60,909 nt of DNA, taken from positions 1 to 60,909 of the forward strand of contig SLIN01000075.1 in the NCBI GenBank assembly GCA_007135605.1. Direction: 5' to 3'. The DNA comes from Spirochaetales bacterium (GTDB taxonomy: Bacteria; Spirochaetota; Spirochaetia; DSM-27196; SKKC01). How positions within the stretch are numbered: position 1 is the first letter of the stretch; each line of letters begins with the position of its first letter. Below, piece after piece: positions 59,705 to 60,909 of this stretch. The notes beneath the pieces were generated by a model that saw only the letters and a list, made by a program, of their open reading frames with translations, was not told the origin of the DNA and ran no database searches. Position numbers and translations under genes: made by a program.

Positions 59705-60661
59705 ATGAGTACCGAGATGGACTTTGAGTCCCCTACCGACAACAGCAACGCGAGACGCGATCTGTTCGCCAAGATCGCCCGCCTCTACTACGTGGAGGAT
59801 ATGAATCAGCGACAGATAGCCGAGCAGCTGAATATCAGTGTCGCCAGTGTATCGCGCGCGCTATCCAAGGCCAAGGATCTGAATATCGTTAAGATCTCCA
59901 TTGACGAGACGCGTGAAGAGTTCCACAAGATGGAGATCGGCCTCGAGCGCCGCTATCCGATTCGTGAGTGCATGGTCGCCGGCAGGCACAACAACCCTGA
60001 CGATGTCCATCGAGACATGGGGTCCATGGTAACAGGCCTGCTCGCCCGGCTTCTCAAGCGGGATAACGTCCTCGGACTCGGATGGGGGTCGGATCTACTC
60101 GGCCTGGCGAAAAACCTCGGCAGAGCGAGCGTCGGACGCATCGACATTGTGCCGCTCAGCGGAACAGTTACCAACGCCGATCCGTCGATCGGCGCCGATC
60201 AGGTCGCACAGGCGTTCGCATCCCGGCTCGACGGCGACATCCATCCGGTTCCGTCGGAGGCAGTCGTCGAATCGGGCGCCGCACGTACGTCAATCATGTC
60301 GGATCCGTCCTTTCCGCCCGTTCGCCGGCTCTGGAATCGCCTCGATACGGTAATCTTGAGCGTCGAGTCAGTCGATGGCCGTGAGGCGGGGACGTACACT
60401 TCCGATCAGAAGAAAGAGCTCAAGAAGGCAGGCGCGGTATGTACCATAAACGGCACACCGATCGATGCCGATGGAAACGAGATCGCAAACCCGTTCGGCG
60501 ATCGACTCGTTGCGGTTGAGCTCGAAGAGCTTCGTCACGTGCGAAACGTGGTGGCCGTCGCAAGCGGCGAGAAGTCGGTCGATCCGGTACGAGCCGCTCT
60601 GGCTGCCGGGTTCGTCCACGTGCTCGTAATCGACGCGAAGTGCGGCGACGGGCTTCTGTAG
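59705..60661 (+). CDS. SorC/DeoR-family sugar-binding transcriptional regulator (CggR-like architecture).
   Basis: N-terminal HTH ..MNQRQIAEQLNISVASVSRALSKAKDLNIVKISI.. plus a C-terminal sugar-binding domain. GGAGGAG SD, ATG 59705. Confidence 0.8.
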   Translation: MSTEMDFESPTDNSNARRDLFAKIARLYYVEDMNQRQIAEQLNISVASVSRALSKAKDLNIVKISIDETREEFHKMEIGLERRYPIRECMVAGRHNNPDDVHRDMGSMVTGLLARLLKRDNVLGLGWGSDLLGLAKNLGRASVGRIDIVPLSGTVTNADPSIGADQVAQAFASRLDGDIHPVPSEAVVESGAARTSIMSDPSFPPVRRLWNRLDTVILSVESVDGREAGTYTSDQKKELKKAGAVCTINGTPIDADGNEIANPFGDRLVAVELEELRHVRNVVAVASGEKSVDPVRAALAAGFVHVLVIDAKCGDGLL

Positions 60662-60726
60662 GCCCAGCGGAGTGAATGCTGCGGCGAGGTATCGGAAGGT
60701 CCGCCGCTGATCGGATAACCTGCGTT

Positions 60727-60792
60727 TGCAACCGCGACACTCCGCGTTCATGCTGAAAACGTACCGGTGCAACCGAGGCACACCGCGTTCAT
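60727..60792. repeat. Two 25-nt direct repeats (tgcaaccgNgNcacNccgcgttcat, 22/25 identical, 41 nt apart) between the SorC gene and the next gene.
   Basis: Read directly. Confidence 0.4.
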
Positions 60793-60835
60793 TCGGGGCT
60801 GGTCAGTCGATGAGCAGGCGCGGTAATTTATGCGC

Positions 60836-60909
60836 ATGAGACCGCATCGAAAGGCCTTGGCAGCGTGTGTCGTTTGCGCGCTCATCACCGCATGCGCGAC
60901 CACTACCCG
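60836..60909 (+). CDS. 5' end of a lipoprotein gene, truncated by the window edge.
   Basis: MRPHRKALAACVVCALITACATTT..: signal peptide with lipobox-like ITAC. Confidence 0.35.
   Translation, partial: MRPHRKALAACVVCALITACATTT

Overview
This 60.9-kb window is bacterial chromosome with very high GC (about two-thirds G+C) and the six-frame track is full of antisense 'shadow' ORFs. I chose between frames using homology, codon-position GC and ribosome-binding sites. Genes are tightly packed in long co-directional arrays, with many ATGA-type start/stop overlaps and convergent genes whose stop codons touch. No transposase, integrase, CRISPR array or rRNA was seen. Many conserved proteins carry acidic or Pro/Gly/Thr-rich low-complexity insertions, which suggests a salt-adapted organism. 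Strong GGAGG ribosome-binding sites and a YjfB-like motility gene argue against Bacteroidetes. My best guess is a spirochete-like or other high-GC halophile, but this is inference only.

Gene content, in order:
- Minus-strand operon (385..7347): a short YtrA-like GntR regulator, an SPFH/stomatin protein, a MacB/Lol-type ABC exporter (ATPase plus two FtsX permeases), a LolA-like 'lipoprotein-sorting' periplasmic protein and a predicted outer-membrane beta-barrel.
- A carbohydrate ABC importer (substrate-binding protein plus two permeases) next to a GH2 beta-galactosidase.
- A divergent PAP2-family protein, FtsK and a soluble lytic transglycosylase.
- A divergent pair: a membrane protein whose only recognisable domain is an Hsp70 (DnaK) substrate-binding beta-domain, and a membrane TPR protein with a C-terminal restriction-endonuclease-like domain.
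- rsmG, mnmG and mnmE.
- A coiled-coil protein and a glycerophosphodiester phosphodiesterase (ugpQ).
- A five-gene operon of LPP20/FlgP- and CsgG-fold lipoproteins and secreted proteins (28781..35710). This is my best candidate for an uncharacterised envelope system.
- A dppABCDF-type peptide importer and pepT.
- A GlnE adenylyltransferase carrying two extra N-terminal ACT domains, followed by glnA.
- A two-component system (kinase with a tiny Met-rich periplasmic loop) divergent from a beta-barrel-like outer-membrane protein.
- tRNA-Arg(CCT), a metallophosphoesterase and a YjfB-like motility protein.
- An epimerase, a GNAT acetyltransferase, a hypothetical protein, a DUF402 protein, an SH3b-containing secreted protein, HtpX, a SorC-family regulator and the start of a lipoprotein gene at the window edge.

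Several intergenic tandem repeats, direct repeats and GTGATA-type palindromes are reported as findings.
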